A stretch of 64,000 nt of DNA. Source: a phage. Each line of letters starts with the position of its first letter. Position 1 is the stretch's first letter. The stretch lies in sequence record PV467749.1; one strand, given 5' to 3'. The position numbers were made by a program, and so were the translations under genes. Below the pieces are notes generated by a model that did not search any database, had not been told where the DNA came from, and saw nothing but the letters and a program-made list of their open reading frames with translations. Shown one piece after another: positions 27,816 through 42,356 of this stretch.

Positions 27816-29300
27816 TTATCCCGCTGTATTTTCCCAATCCTTAACATCTATGATACTATGAGGATATTGTGCTTCCTTATAGTATTGTAAACGTTCACGT
27901 AAGTGTTTTGCACTATATTTGTTTGTACCACTGATATCAAAGATTTCCACGTGGTCTTTGTCTTCTGCACGACGCAACCCACGACCAATGGACTGTATTG
28001 TACGAACGAAGCTTTTTCCTGGTTCGATTAGAACGACATTATACAAACGAGAAATACTGATACCAGTACTTGCTACCCCATAGGTTGCAATGAGTATTTT
28101 GTTATCAGCCCAGCGAATTTCACCATATGAAGATTCACGGTCTTTCTTTTTGGTTTCCCCACGAACAAATTCTGACTTAGGAATACCCAAAAATTCACAA
28201 AGCAATTCACCAGCTTCAAGTCTATCAACCAGTACTAAAGTGTTTCCAGATTCTGCTAACGCACCTATCAGTGATGCTACATATGCCATTCTATCACGGT
28301 CAGTAACTAAGTACTTCAATTCTTCTGCATATGACGCGAACTTTAAATTACTTTTAAGTTTAATACAGTTCACATTACATGTGCTTAGTATTTTTTTATC
28401 TTGTAATTCTTTAGCTGTGATTTTAAATATCACATCACCAACGTTACATTTAATCTTCGCAGCGACAACTTGGTCTTTAGGGATTGTACCAGTTAATCCC
28501 CAGCGAAGTGGGACGTTATTCATAACTTTAGAGAGTACTTGAACTAATGCATCACCACCAGCACCTTGACACTCATCGACAATCACACAAACCACACCAT
28601 CAATAAAGTCATGAACGTCTTGTTCAGTCAGTTCAATTTCACCTTTCTTTGTTTTCTTCCACAAAGAGTTGAATGACTGCCAGGTAGTGATTGTGTGTTG
28701 GTGACCAAAGTCTTTCTGTGCACCATAGAACACTCCAGTGTCAAGACCACACATAACATAGTCATCATATGTTTGCTGCACCAAATCAGTACTAGGTACG
28801 ATAATCACAGAACGTCCATACTCTTGTACCTTCTTGGATAATGCCGCTGTGATGAGCGTTTTACCAGCCCCTGTAGCTGCTAATAATAAACCATGTGGGT
28901 TTGCAAGGCAAGCATTAACTGCGTTCACCTGATGCTCTCTGAGCTTGATTGACTTACCTTCCATGTGGTGTCCAGCACCAAACACAACATCACTAAAAAT
29001 ATCTTCATCAATTGGTTCAAAATTGAATCCGTAATTGACACGATGATCTTCAAGTTCAATATCAATTTTTGCTTCATCTAAGATTGGCAACAACTTATCC
29101 AACATGTGGTAGTAAGTACTGCCACCTAAGTTCATAAACTGTACCTTACCATCCCAACGACCAATACGACCAGCAGGGGTGAACTTAGCGTATGGAAGTA
29201 CATATTCTGTTGCACGAATCATCTTCTGACGAATTGAGGGATCTAGTCCCTCAAATTTACAATTAACCTCGTCCAGTAAGGTTAGCTTACAAGTTTTCAT
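27816..29300 (-). CDS. uvsW: SF2 helicase (UvsW-like)
   Basis: 494 aa; Walker A LLAATGAGKT, DECQ box, motif VI QSIGRGLRR; sits next to uvsX region. Confidence 0.7.
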   Translation of the reverse strand: MKTCKLTLLDEVNCKFEGLDPSIRQKMIRATEYVLPYAKFTPAGRIGRWDGKVQFMNLGGSTYYHMLDKLLPILDEAKIDIELEDHRVNYGFNFEPIDEDIFSDVVFGAGHHMEGKSIKLREHQVNAVNACLANPHGLLLAATGAGKTLITAALSKKVQEYGRSVIIVPSTDLVQQTYDDYVMCGLDTGVFYGAQKDFGHQHTITTWQSFNSLWKKTKKGEIELTEQDVHDFIDGVVCVIVDECQGAGGDALVQVLSKVMNNVPLRWGLTGTIPKDQVVAAKIKCNVGDVIFKITAKELQDKKILSTCNVNCIKLKSNLKFASYAEELKYLVTDRDRMAYVASLIGALAESGNTLVLVDRLEAGELLCEFLGIPKSEFVRGETKKKDRESSYGEIRWADNKILIATYGVASTGISISRLYNVVLIEPGKSFVRTIQSIGRGLRRAEDKDHVEIFDISGTNKYSAKHLRERLQYYKEAQYPHSIIDVKDWENTAG

Positions 29301-29315
29301 CCATGAATACCTTTA

Positions 29316-30134
29316 TTAATTAGTTCGAGTATTATATTCGTACTCAAATGTATATACTAAATCTTTATCACAGTTTGGGTTACTTGCATCAAGGATATCA
29401 CTGTTAGTAATCATCCATTCAATATAGTTCAATGGAACAGTTTCCATTGGTTCGCCTTTGTGTTTACCAAATGGCATGAATTTATAACGCATTGGTGTAT
29501 TACAGAATGTTACTATTTGTTCACCAATGTCACCATTAGGGTCAATATGACCACGTTCAATAGCAACTTCAATCAATTTGATTAGAACTTGGTAACACAT
29601 GAATACGTCATCTTTTGCTGCGTGAGCATTCACTGCACGATGTACGTCACGATAGCAACCAAATTTATACCACAAATAACTTAGAGTTAAGTTTTTGAAT
29701 TCAGTGTCTTCTGCAAACATCTTCTTAGCTAAACGAAGAGTACAAATCCATTTATCTTCATCGAGCAAGTACTGTGAAACTGAGTTACGATATTTATATT
29801 CGTTATCTACCATCATTCGGCGGTCAAATTGAACGTTGTGTCCAATAAAATAATCACGACAGCCCATGAGTGCGTCGATGTTTTCTAAGTCATCTTTATA
29901 ACCAATGCAGTTTGCTACATCTTCAGTACTGATAAAATGCACAGCACTTGCTTCTGGTGGTATATCTTTTAGTGGTTTATAACGCAAAGTGTAGTTATCA
30001 ATAGTATCAATATTCTCATGTGCACCGTGAGGATATGAAATACTAAATTCAATAATATCATCTTCACTTTCTACACCAGTCGTTTCGGTGTCTAGTACTG
30101 ATACGTTTGATAGAAACTCATCTAATTTTGTCAT
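29316..30134 (-). CDS. DnaQ-like 3'-5' exonuclease (DEDDh) with C-terminal extension
   Basis: 272 aa; Exo I VLDTETTG, Exo II GHNVQFD, Exo III H..D; C-terminal FGKHKGEPMETVP motif. Confidence 0.7.
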   Translation of the reverse strand: MTKLDEFLSNVSVLDTETTGVESEDDIIEFSISYPHGAHENIDTIDNYTLRYKPLKDIPPEASAVHFISTEDVANCIGYKDDLENIDALMGCRDYFIGHNVQFDRRMMVDNEYKYRNSVSQYLLDEDKWICTLRLAKKMFAEDTEFKNLTLSYLWYKFGCYRDVHRAVNAHAAKDDVFMCYQVLIKLIEVAIERGHIDPNGDIGEQIVTFCNTPMRYKFMPFGKHKGEPMETVPLNYIEWMITNSDILDASNPNCDKDLVYTFEYEYNTRTN

Positions 30135-30144
30135 TTTATTCTCG

Positions 30145-30173
30145 CATAGAAAAAGGACGCAGAATGCGTCCTT
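30145..30173 (-). terminator. intrinsic terminator
   Basis: AAGGACGC / GCGTCCTT hairpin followed on the minus strand by a U-run. Confidence 0.45.
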
Positions 30174-30181
30174 ATGGATAG

Positions 30182-30643
30182 TTATTCTAAACGTGCATCT
30201 TCAATACCAGCAGCACGTAGTCTCACAATATTGTTTAACTGAAAAGCTTTCATCTCTAAGGATTTAACAATACTGGAAAACGTATTACGGATATATGATA
30301 CTTCATTTATTAGTTCGGATAATTCACAAACTTCTTTATCACCTTCAACATACTTTTTACAGTCAGAAGATGATAGTGCTCGACGATATGCTTCAAGGAA
30401 ATATTTAAACTTTTCAGCTTGTAGTTGACGCATTTCAATTTCTAGCATTTCAAGTACCGCTTCTAGTTCTTGAAGCTGACTGAGACGAGTCTCATGCCAG
30501 CCTGGAATCTCCTGAGCAATCTTTTCAATGATGCCAATCTTTTTAACTTCACGACGAGCTTCTTCAGTTTCTTTTTCGAAGTGTTCAATCATGTCGATTA
30601 TTTTAGATTTATCATCTTTGATGATCCAATGCCAAGGTTTCAT
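30182..30643 (-). CDS. hypothetical coiled-coil protein (possible recombination mediator)
   Basis: 153 aa immediately downstream of uvsX; function by position only. Confidence 0.35.
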   Translation of the reverse strand: MKPWHWIIKDDKSKIIDMIEHFEKETEEARREVKKIGIIEKIAQEIPGWHETRLSQLQELEAVLEMLEIEMRQLQAEKFKYFLEAYRRALSSSDCKKYVEGDKEVCELSELINEVSYIRNTFSSIVKSLEMKAFQLNNIVRLRAAGIEDARLE

Positions 30644-31761
30644 TATTCCTCACTACTTCCAATATCAGTACCAAATGATTCATCACCTTTTTCTTCTTCT
30701 TTGACTTCTTCAATCAAAGGGTGACGTTTGAATTGATTCATAACTAAATCAAGGCAAGAATCTTCGTTACGCATCCATTCTTTACGATATTTTAGAATCT
30801 GTTCACCAGTGTCAATATCAACGTACATTAGACGGTTACCAGATTTAACGATAAGTTCATATTTCTCGAACATATCTAGTAGACCACTGCGTGGGTCCAT
30901 ACCTTTATCCCAAGGAATTTTAATCTCAACATCTTCAAATGGTTTGTTGTAACGAGTCTTCATGACTTTACATTTAGAACGAATACCACTTACATCTGAA
31001 GTCTTGTTGCCTTCTTCATCTTCTTTAAGTTTTAGTTTACCCATTGCGATAACCATAGAAGATGCATAAATCAAACCACTACCACCAGATACTTTTGGAT
31101 CAGGGTTGAACATATCTTGGGATTCATAACTATGGTTTACACAAACCATACCAATGTTAAGTGAACCAATCGAGTTTACGCAGTTGGTGATGTAAGCTTT
31201 AAGCTGTTTAGGTTTGTGACCCATATCACCTTTCAAGTTACCAGCTTTCATCTGGTCATTAGCAACTTCAGTATTCAACATACCAATTGAGTCGATAATG
31301 AATAATACTTTTTGACGTTCTTCTTTAGGAGTATTTTCGTATTCTTTACGATACCCTTCGATGAACTCATAGGTAAATTTAGCAACATCACCAATCATAC
31401 CCATGTTTACTTTTAGTAGTTTTTCTTCTGAAGTGTCTACACCTAGTGCTTGTAGCCAATCTGAATCCAATGCGTTCTCGGAATCAATCATAACAACAAA
31501 GATACCTTGTTGTTGTGCTTCACGGGCGATGTTTCCAGAAACGATAAATGATTTACCAGAACCAGATTCACCAGCAAACATTGTTACTTTACCTAGTGGA
31601 ATACCACGGTCAAAATAACCACTAATACGATAGTTCAAAGCAAAGTTACCAGTACTAATCCATGTATCAGGATCATGAAAGCCTACGCTAACACCAGTAT
31701 TCTTTTTAACGCTACCAGTACTATTTTTTAGAATGTTTGCAAAACCACTTGTCATTTTCAT
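30643..31761 (-). CDS. uvsX: RecA-family recombinase (UvsX-like)
   Basis: 372 aa; Walker A FAGESGSGKSF, Walker B VVMIDS, RecA-like loops. Confidence 0.85.
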   Translation of the reverse strand: MKMTSGFANILKNSTGSVKKNTGVSVGFHDPDTWISTGNFALNYRISGYFDRGIPLGKVTMFAGESGSGKSFIVSGNIAREAQQQGIFVVMIDSENALDSDWLQALGVDTSEEKLLKVNMGMIGDVAKFTYEFIEGYRKEYENTPKEERQKVLFIIDSIGMLNTEVANDQMKAGNLKGDMGHKPKQLKAYITNCVNSIGSLNIGMVCVNHSYESQDMFNPDPKVSGGSGLIYASSMVIAMGKLKLKEDEEGNKTSDVSGIRSKCKVMKTRYNKPFEDVEIKIPWDKGMDPRSGLLDMFEKYELIVKSGNRLMYVDIDTGEQILKYRKEWMRNEDSCLDLVMNQFKRHPLIEEVKEEEKGDESFGTDIGSSEE

Positions 31762-31782
31762 AATTCGCTCCTTGAATTTTAT

Positions 31783-31812
31783 GAAATAAAACGGGGCAAA
31801 CTCCGTTGCCCC
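31783..31812 (-). terminator. intrinsic terminator downstream of SSB gene
   Basis: GGGGCAA / TTGCCCC hairpin followed by UUUUAUUU on the minus strand. Confidence 0.45.
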
Positions 31813-31830
31813 TTAACTTTTCAAATACTA

Positions 31831-32880
31831 TTACTTACCTTGTTGTTTCAAACGAGCAACTAGTGCAGATGCAGAAAGTTGTTCTTTTGGAGCTTCAGCT
31901 ACTGGTGCTGGTGCAGCAGCTACTGGTTCAGCAGCAGGAGTAGGAGTAGCTACTGGTGCTTGCGGAGCAGGAGTTTGTGCAGGAGCAGGTTGTTGTACTG
32001 GAGCTTGTGGAGCAGGTTTGTTTTCACTAATAGTACCAGTTGTTGGTTTTTGTACACCTGCTGGACGGTAAGCGAAAGCCCAACGTGCAGGGTCATAAGG
32101 TTTACCATCAACAGATGCTTCGAACATTTCTTCGATAGCTTTTAGTTCTTCTGGAGTTGGTTGTTTTGGCATAAAATCATTTAGATTATATAGACCAAAC
32201 TTTTCAATCGCTGCCAGTTCTTCTTCATTGAGTGGACGCTCGGACATGGAGAATTGAGACATGTCATAGCTATTGTAACCACCACCATTCTTAGTTTTAA
32301 CAATACCAAAATCACGACCGTGAATGTAGTGAGTTGGTAGTTCTTTGATGCCTGGGTTTAGCAGGATAGATTTAACTTTATCAAAGATATCTTTGTTAGC
32401 TAGGATACGACGGATTGGGTTTTCTGGAGCAATATCGTCTTTTACTGCTACGCTATCAGGAGCAACGAAACATTGCATTAGATAGGTTTTCTTTTTCCAG
32501 TAACGACCAGCCATTGCTTTCAGTTCTTCGTTTCCAGTTTCATTCGCACTTTGGAACCATTGACGTACTTCTTTAAGAATTGGACATGATTTAGGAACCC
32601 ACATTTCGTTACATGGTACTTGAACGGTAACTTTATCGGTGTGCATACCAACAATACCTTGGAACGTTAGGTTGATCATATCACGTTCACGCCAGAAGAA
32701 TGGGTTAGACTCATCAGCATCTGGTAGAAAACGTAGGTTTAGTGGTTCATTGTAAGGGACATTCCAGAAAGCTAGGAAAGAATCGGCTTTACGTTCACCT
32801 GTAAATGTACCATTCTTCTGTGCTTCTGCTTTTTCTTGTTCAGCTTTTAGTTTTGCACGAATTTCAGCTAGAGTTTGCAT
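31831..32880 (-). CDS. single-stranded DNA-binding protein (gp32-like)
   Basis: ORF 31831..32898 (start probably ATG 32880 with AAGGAAG RBS); RFLP and PENP motifs as in T4 gp32, P/A-rich C-terminal tail; CTA-rich codon usage. Confidence 0.65.
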   Translation of the reverse strand: MQTLAEIRAKLKAEQEKAEAQKNGTFTGERKADSFLAFWNVPYNEPLNLRFLPDADESNPFFWRERDMINLTFQGIVGMHTDKVTVQVPCNEMWVPKSCPILKEVRQWFQSANETGNEELKAMAGRYWKKKTYLMQCFVAPDSVAVKDDIAPENPIRRILANKDIFDKVKSILLNPGIKELPTHYIHGRDFGIVKTKNGGGYNSYDMSQFSMSERPLNEEELAAIEKFGLYNLNDFMPKQPTPEELKAIEEMFEASVDGKPYDPARWAFAYRPAGVQKPTTGTISENKPAPQAPVQQPAPAQTPAPQAPVATPTPAAEPVAAAPAPVAEAPKEQLSASALVARLKQQGK

Positions 32881-33013
32881 ATTGGGCTTCCTTGTCATTA
32901 GTTTGTTTGTTAAGTTTTAACGGGCTATTAACGTTGATTTGTCTTCATTGACTCATCAACAATTTACATTATATCATGGGATTTTTAACCGTCCCAAGGT
33001 TTTTTTACTCTGT

Positions 33014-33038
33014 TTGTCAAGGCTCATTGCCCTGACAA
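33014..33038 (-). promoter_or_regulatory. stable hairpin in 5' leader region of the gp32-like gene
   Basis: 10-bp stem (one mismatch) TTGTCAAGGC/GCCCTGACAA, not followed by a U-run on either strand; flanked by two GATATAAT promoter-like elements. Confidence 0.3.
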
Positions 33039-33053
33039 ACATCATTATATCAC

Positions 33054-38298
<5,245 letters not shown>

Positions 38299-38304
38299 AG
38301 ATTT

Positions 38305-38380
38305 GATAAATAATATCATAGAGATCAGGGAATATTGCCTTAAATTTAAATGTGGTTTATATTTTTTGATAAATAATATT
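38305..38380 (+). promoter_or_regulatory. tandem late-promoter-like motifs upstream of paralogous virion genes
   Basis: TTGATAAATAATAT occurs twice (38305-38319 and 38368-38380); the second is ~42 nt upstream of ATG 38422. Confidence 0.4.
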
Positions 38381-38421
38381 AAGCAGGGTGTTCCTGCACA
38401 AAATTTGACAAGGAGATTTTT

Positions 38422-39021
38422 ATGAGTCTTAATTCTTTTAACCGTAACTATGGTATGTCTGCTACTGCTCGTGAATACTGGGGTGGTAACAATGGTTTCG
38501 TAACCATCGTTGTTGATCTACCAGCAGATGTTGAAGTTGGTACTACCGCTGTTACTTCTGACGGTTCCGAAATTCAAGATGAAGCACTACAAACTGCAAT
38601 CAGCAATGCTCAATACAACCAATTCATGATTACCCAACTACTACAACAACGTGCAGTACTAGTTACTACTTCCGTACTAGCTCTAGACACCGCTGTTGTT
38701 ATCCCTGCTGACTTTAAAACCGTTGGTGGTAACGTAATCGCGTTTGGTACTAGTGGTGCTGATGTTACAGGTGGTGCTGGTTCTGTTGCTCTAACCTTCA
38801 TCTGTGAACGTCAAGACGTATTTGACAAACAAGAAGTTCGCCCAGGTGCTGCTTACTCTGTACCAGTTGATCCAACTGTTGAACTAGCTAAAGCTATTGC
38901 ACAAGCTAAATTCTTCCGTACCAAATCTTATGTTGCTCTAGGTACTGATGGTGTTGGTGATGCTGCTGCCGCTGACGCTGTTGCAATTAAAGTTCGTGCT
39001 GCTCTACCAGTACAACTATAA
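38422..39021 (+). CDS. putative abundant virion protein (paralog 1)
   Basis: 199 aa; AGGAG RBS; strongly biased codons (CTA, CGT, GGT, GCT); paralogous to next gene. Confidence 0.6.
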   Translation: MSLNSFNRNYGMSATAREYWGGNNGFVTIVVDLPADVEVGTTAVTSDGSEIQDEALQTAISNAQYNQFMITQLLQQRAVLVTTSVLALDTAVVIPADFKTVGGNVIAFGTSGADVTGGAGSVALTFICERQDVFDKQEVRPGAAYSVPVDPTVELAKAIAQAKFFRTKSYVALGTDGVGDAAAADAVAIKVRAALPVQL

Positions 39022-39036
39022 TAGGGGGACTACAAT

Positions 39037-39726
39037 ATGTCTAATACTAATACTTCTTTTGAACGTATCAATGGTTATTCCTTTGATAAAATTCTAGGTT
39101 ACTTCTGTGGCAAAAACGCCCTAGCATCTATCGCAATTAGTAAAATTGGTAATGTTAACGTGCGTGTTACTGGTGCAGTTGGTTCTTTCGCTGGTCTACA
39201 ACGTTTCCTAAACACTGATGTAGCTGATGAAATCGTTGCATATCTAAACGAAAAAGGTATCATCCGTATCGATGGTACTCCATTTGAAGCAGCAACTCTA
39301 GAAGCTGATTATAACGCTGCTTACGCTGCACAAACTAACGTTAAACGTATCGTTGATGTTGTTCAACAACGTGCAGTTATCATCGCTACTTCCGAAATCG
39401 CTGGCAACGACGTTGAGCCATTTGCAGTTACTGGTTTTACCAACGCTGCTGACGGTATCCTAAGTGTTGGGTCTGTTGATATCGCTAGTGCTTCAGTAGT
39501 TACTTTCCTCGTTGAACGTGCTAACGTATTTGATAAAGATATTCAATCTTTCCAAGGCGTTCCAAGTACTGAGATCGAAGAAGGCCGTCTACTAATTGAT
39601 GACCTAACCGCAGTTCCACTACTCGCTAAAGATGGTGTTACTGAAGTTGTTCTACGTTCCCAAGCTGCTGATGCTGCTGGTGACTTCGGTATCAAACTAT
39701 TCAAATTCATCCCAGCGATGGTTTAA
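39037..39726 (+). CDS. putative abundant virion protein (paralog 2)
   Basis: 229 aa; shares QQRAV..TS and F(I/L)xER.(D/N)VFDK motifs with paralog 1; same codon bias. Confidence 0.6.
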   Translation: MSNTNTSFERINGYSFDKILGYFCGKNALASIAISKIGNVNVRVTGAVGSFAGLQRFLNTDVADEIVAYLNEKGIIRIDGTPFEAATLEADYNAAYAAQTNVKRIVDVVQQRAVIIATSEIAGNDVEPFAVTGFTNAADGILSVGSVDIASASVVTFLVERANVFDKDIQSFQGVPSTEIEEGRLLIDDLTAVPLLAKDGVTEVVLRSQAADAAGDFGIKLFKFIPAMV

Positions 39727-39743
39727 TAAATTAAAGATAAAAG

Positions 39744-39773
39744 AAAAGGAGAGCTTTTGCTCTCCTTTTTTTA
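39744..39773. terminator. bidirectional intrinsic terminator
   Basis: AAAAGGAGAGC-tttt-GCTCTCCTTTT hairpin followed by T-run. Confidence 0.6.
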
Positions 39774-40523
39774 TTTGTATGAACGGAACCCTTCAGGTAA
39801 ACCAGGTAGATTCTCTAACCCTTCGTTCGCATTCACTAGCTTTACGTCATAATCATCACTGAAATCATCCGTAGCTAGTTTACGCCCCATGTCTCTAACG
39901 AAGTTGTCAATAATTTCTTCTTCGTCATTACCTGGATGACCTTCCGCTTTTAACTTTTTCCAAAAGTATTCATTATAATCAAAAACAAATTCAACTTCAT
40001 TTGTTTCTGGATTAAGTACTACATCCAAATCAATCCAAGGTTCTTTACGTAAAGTAAAGATTTCCTTTGAATACTCTTGTTGTGTAATCTCTTCATAACG
40101 ATATGCAAACTCGATAGCTTTAAGACGTTTGTCATCACCATCAGGCATTAGTTCGATTACTTCCATATCATACTCTTTTTGAGTAATTGCACCAGTACTT
40201 AATTTAGCATCAAGTAATTTTACATTATACTCATCACGGGTAATCTTGGAATACTTCAATTGTACATCTGCCTGTGCTATTAGATAATCAAGAGTTTCTA
40301 ATACATTGTATTTCTTTTTGATATCCAACTGTGCTACATCAACTTCATATGGTGTTAGATATGTAAGTTCTGCAACTAACATATCAGCTTCATAATCATC
40401 GTTATAGTAGTATGCTTTCGCAATCTCTTTCGCTTTACCAGAAAGTCCCCAATGAGCGGGGACCATCCAGAAAGGAATAAACCTTTTTTTAGCCATTTGA
40501 TTTCTTACCAAAAATTTCTTCAA
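39771..40523 (-). CDS. hypothetical protein
   Basis: 250-aa ORF. Confidence 0.45.
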   Translation of the reverse strand: MKKFLVRNQMAKKRFIPFWMVPAHWGLSGKAKEIAKAYYYNDDYEADMLVAELTYLTPYEVDVAQLDIKKKYNVLETLDYLIAQADVQLKYSKITRDEYNVKLLDAKLSTGAITQKEYDMEVIELMPDGDDKRLKAIEFAYRYEEITQQEYSKEIFTLRKEPWIDLDVVLNPETNEVEFVFDYNEYFWKKLKAEGHPGNDEEEIIDNFVRDMGRKLATDDFSDDYDVKLVNANEGLENLPGLPEGFRSYK

Positions 40524-40791
40524 TTTTCATCACATAATATGTGTCTTCACCACCACCAAGATCTTCAGTGATAGGAGTGTTTAGTGATGAACGACCGAAT
40601 ACAACCATATCACCAACACAAATATTATGTTCTGCAATTTGCCCATTAGGTAGTACTTTACCTTCACCAACTGAAATCACCATACCAACACATGGTGGTT
40701 CCACGTTTCCTAGGATAATACCACCAGTACTTTTATTCTGTGCTTCAATTTGACGAACCAGTACATAATCGTTAATCATTTTAATTTTCAT
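40489..40791 (-). CDS. groES: GroES-like co-chaperonin (Cpn10)
   Basis: ORF 40489..40854 trimmed to ATG 40791 (GGAGG RBS); ~100 aa with GroES-like layout (KSTGGIILGNVE..., VGDMVVF, mobile-loop region). Confidence 0.75.
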   Translation of the reverse strand: MKIKMINDYVLVRQIEAQNKSTGGIILGNVEPPCVGMVISVGEGKVLPNGQIAEHNICVGDMVVFGRSSLNTPITEDLGGGEDTYYVMKIEEIFGKKSNG

Positions 40792-40792
40792 A

Positions 40793-40999
40793 TCAGTAAC
40801 CTCCAGTGTTTGCAAACCATTTACCACGGAAATAAAGATTAGCACCTTTATCACCAGGGGTAAAAACTTCCAACTTCATAGTCTTTTCACCATTACATTG
40901 AGGACAATCATGAGGTTCTTCACGATTGGCAATTTTTACAATCTTTTCTAAACTGTGTTTACATTCTTCTTTTTCACAACGATATGTATATAATGGCAT
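40793..40999 (-). CDS. zinc-ribbon small protein
   Basis: 68 aa with two CxxC pairs (CEKEECKH...CPQC). Confidence 0.45.
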   Translation of the reverse strand: MPLYTYRCEKEECKHSLEKIVKIANREEPHDCPQCNGEKTMKLEVFTPGDKGANLYFRGKWFANTGGY

Positions 41000-41065
41000 T
41001 TTTGTCTTCCTTTACTTATTTTTAAATCAAAAATTTGGGGAACTCCATGTTCCCCATTATTTATA

Positions 41066-41797
41066 TTAGCAACCAGTTACGTAAATCTTGTATACCGCAA
41101 TACCAGTGTCTAGAGTTACGTTTAGCATACCAGTTTTTGTAATACCAAGGGTAACAGATTCTGCGTTAGAAACGCGGGATAGAGCTTGTAGAACACGATC
41201 AATGTTATAACCAAAACCAAGACCTAGTTCACCTTCAGTTTTAGAGAATGCTAGTGCACCAACGTGGTTACTTTTGTTCTTCTCACCAACGTGGAAGTAA
41301 AGAGTATCACCTTCAGTGTATGGAGTTACTAGAGAACTGAAAGATTTAAACACACCAGAGAAGCTTTTTAGTTCCTGAACTTTAGCTGCACTAGGTGTAA
41401 CCTGTACGTCATATGGTTGTTCGTGGAAACGAGGCTGGGCTGGAATTAGTTTTTCTGGTTGAACCATGAAAGTAGTGCTTGCATCTTCTGCTTTGAATGC
41501 TAGGCTCTTAACTGCACCATCTTTCAAATTAGAAGTGATAGTAGTTCCTTCAGTACTATAAGTTTTTAGAGACATTAGACCCTGTAGAAGACCTATGTTA
41601 CCAAGACCAAAACGACCTTGAACTTCTGGTACGTCTTCTTTAGTGTGAGCACGCATAACTAGGGTGCGGTCATCGGTGTATGCTTCCATGTAAACACGCT
41701 GTCCATCACCACGGTCTTCACTGCTAACTGCGATACAAGAAAAGTCGATGCCGTTGGTAGTGTTAACTAGGTCACGTAGTACGTTGCGTAGATCCAT
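41066..41797 (-). CDS. hypothetical highly expressed protein (possible sliding clamp by position)
   Basis: 243 aa; CTA/CGT/GGT-biased codons; GGAG RBS; located downstream of DNA polymerase. Confidence 0.45.
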   Translation of the reverse strand: MDLRNVLRDLVNTTNGIDFSCIAVSSEDRGDGQRVYMEAYTDDRTLVMRAHTKEDVPEVQGRFGLGNIGLLQGLMSLKTYSTEGTTITSNLKDGAVKSLAFKAEDASTTFMVQPEKLIPAQPRFHEQPYDVQVTPSAAKVQELKSFSGVFKSFSSLVTPYTEGDTLYFHVGEKNKSNHVGALAFSKTEGELGLGFGYNIDRVLQALSRVSNAESVTLGITKTGMLNVTLDTGIAVYKIYVTGC

Positions 41798-41864
41798 TAT
41801 ATAATTCTCCGTTTTATTTGTTAATCAAAAATGTTTTTGTATGCTTCAGATTACTACAAGCACC

Positions 41865-41894
41865 ATTATATCTCGTGAATGATGCTTGTCTCAA
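41865..41894 (-). promoter_or_regulatory. sigma70-like promoter TTGAGA-N18-TATAAT
   Basis: Plus attata at 41865-41870 and tctcaa at 41889-41894 upstream of the 243-aa gene. Confidence 0.35.
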
Positions 41895-41901
41895 TTTTTT
41901 A

Positions 41902-42204
41902 TCAGTATTTTGTGTTCCAACGTTTAAGGTACGGCTTATCAGCGTTTGCACCTGCACCAATGTTGAATTTGTAACGTAGATGTTCTAAGTCTTTTAACGT
42001 GTTAACATCTTCAACAATGACAACTTTGCGTTTCTTTTCAATAGAATAGACGTCAACAATCTCACCATCAATTTCAACAGAACCAGTTCTGGTGAAACCA
42101 GCAGACATTAGAACAACTTCATCATCATTATTGTATGCAAGTACTGAATTTACGATAGTACTATCTTCCAGTACTGCACCAACACGCTTATAGATATTTT
42201 CCAT
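41902..42204 (-). CDS. hypothetical protein
   Basis: ORF 41902..42261 trimmed to ATG 42204 (AGGAG RBS, stop/start coupling). Confidence 0.4.
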   Translation of the reverse strand: MENIYKRVGAVLEDSTIVNSVLAYNNDDEVVLMSAGFTRTGSVEIDGEIVDVYSIEKKRKVVIVEDVNTLKDLEHLRYKFNIGAGANADKPYLKRWNTKY

Positions 42205-42205
42205 A

Positions 42206-42346
42206 TTACTCTCCTTGGGATGCACTCCATAAAACGTACTGTTCCCACGCCTCGTTAACACTGTCCTCAGACAGTGCTAGTGATTCATCAGAGAATACGT
42301 CATTTACTTCGTCATATTTTAGTTTAGTTTCGTCTGCAATAATCAT
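42206..42346 (-). CDS. hypothetical small protein
   Basis: ORF 42206..42433 trimmed to ATG 42346 (AAGGA RBS) to avoid overlap with polymerase. Confidence 0.3.
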   Translation of the reverse strand: MIIADETKLKYDEVNDVFSDESLALSEDSVNEAWEQYVLWSASQGE

Positions 42347-42356
42347 AATATTTTCC

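Noticed and set aside
41066-41797. Calling the 243-aa gene a gp45-type sliding clamp
   Set aside because: Supported only by position and high-expression codon usage; no convincing sequence match, so left as hypothetical.
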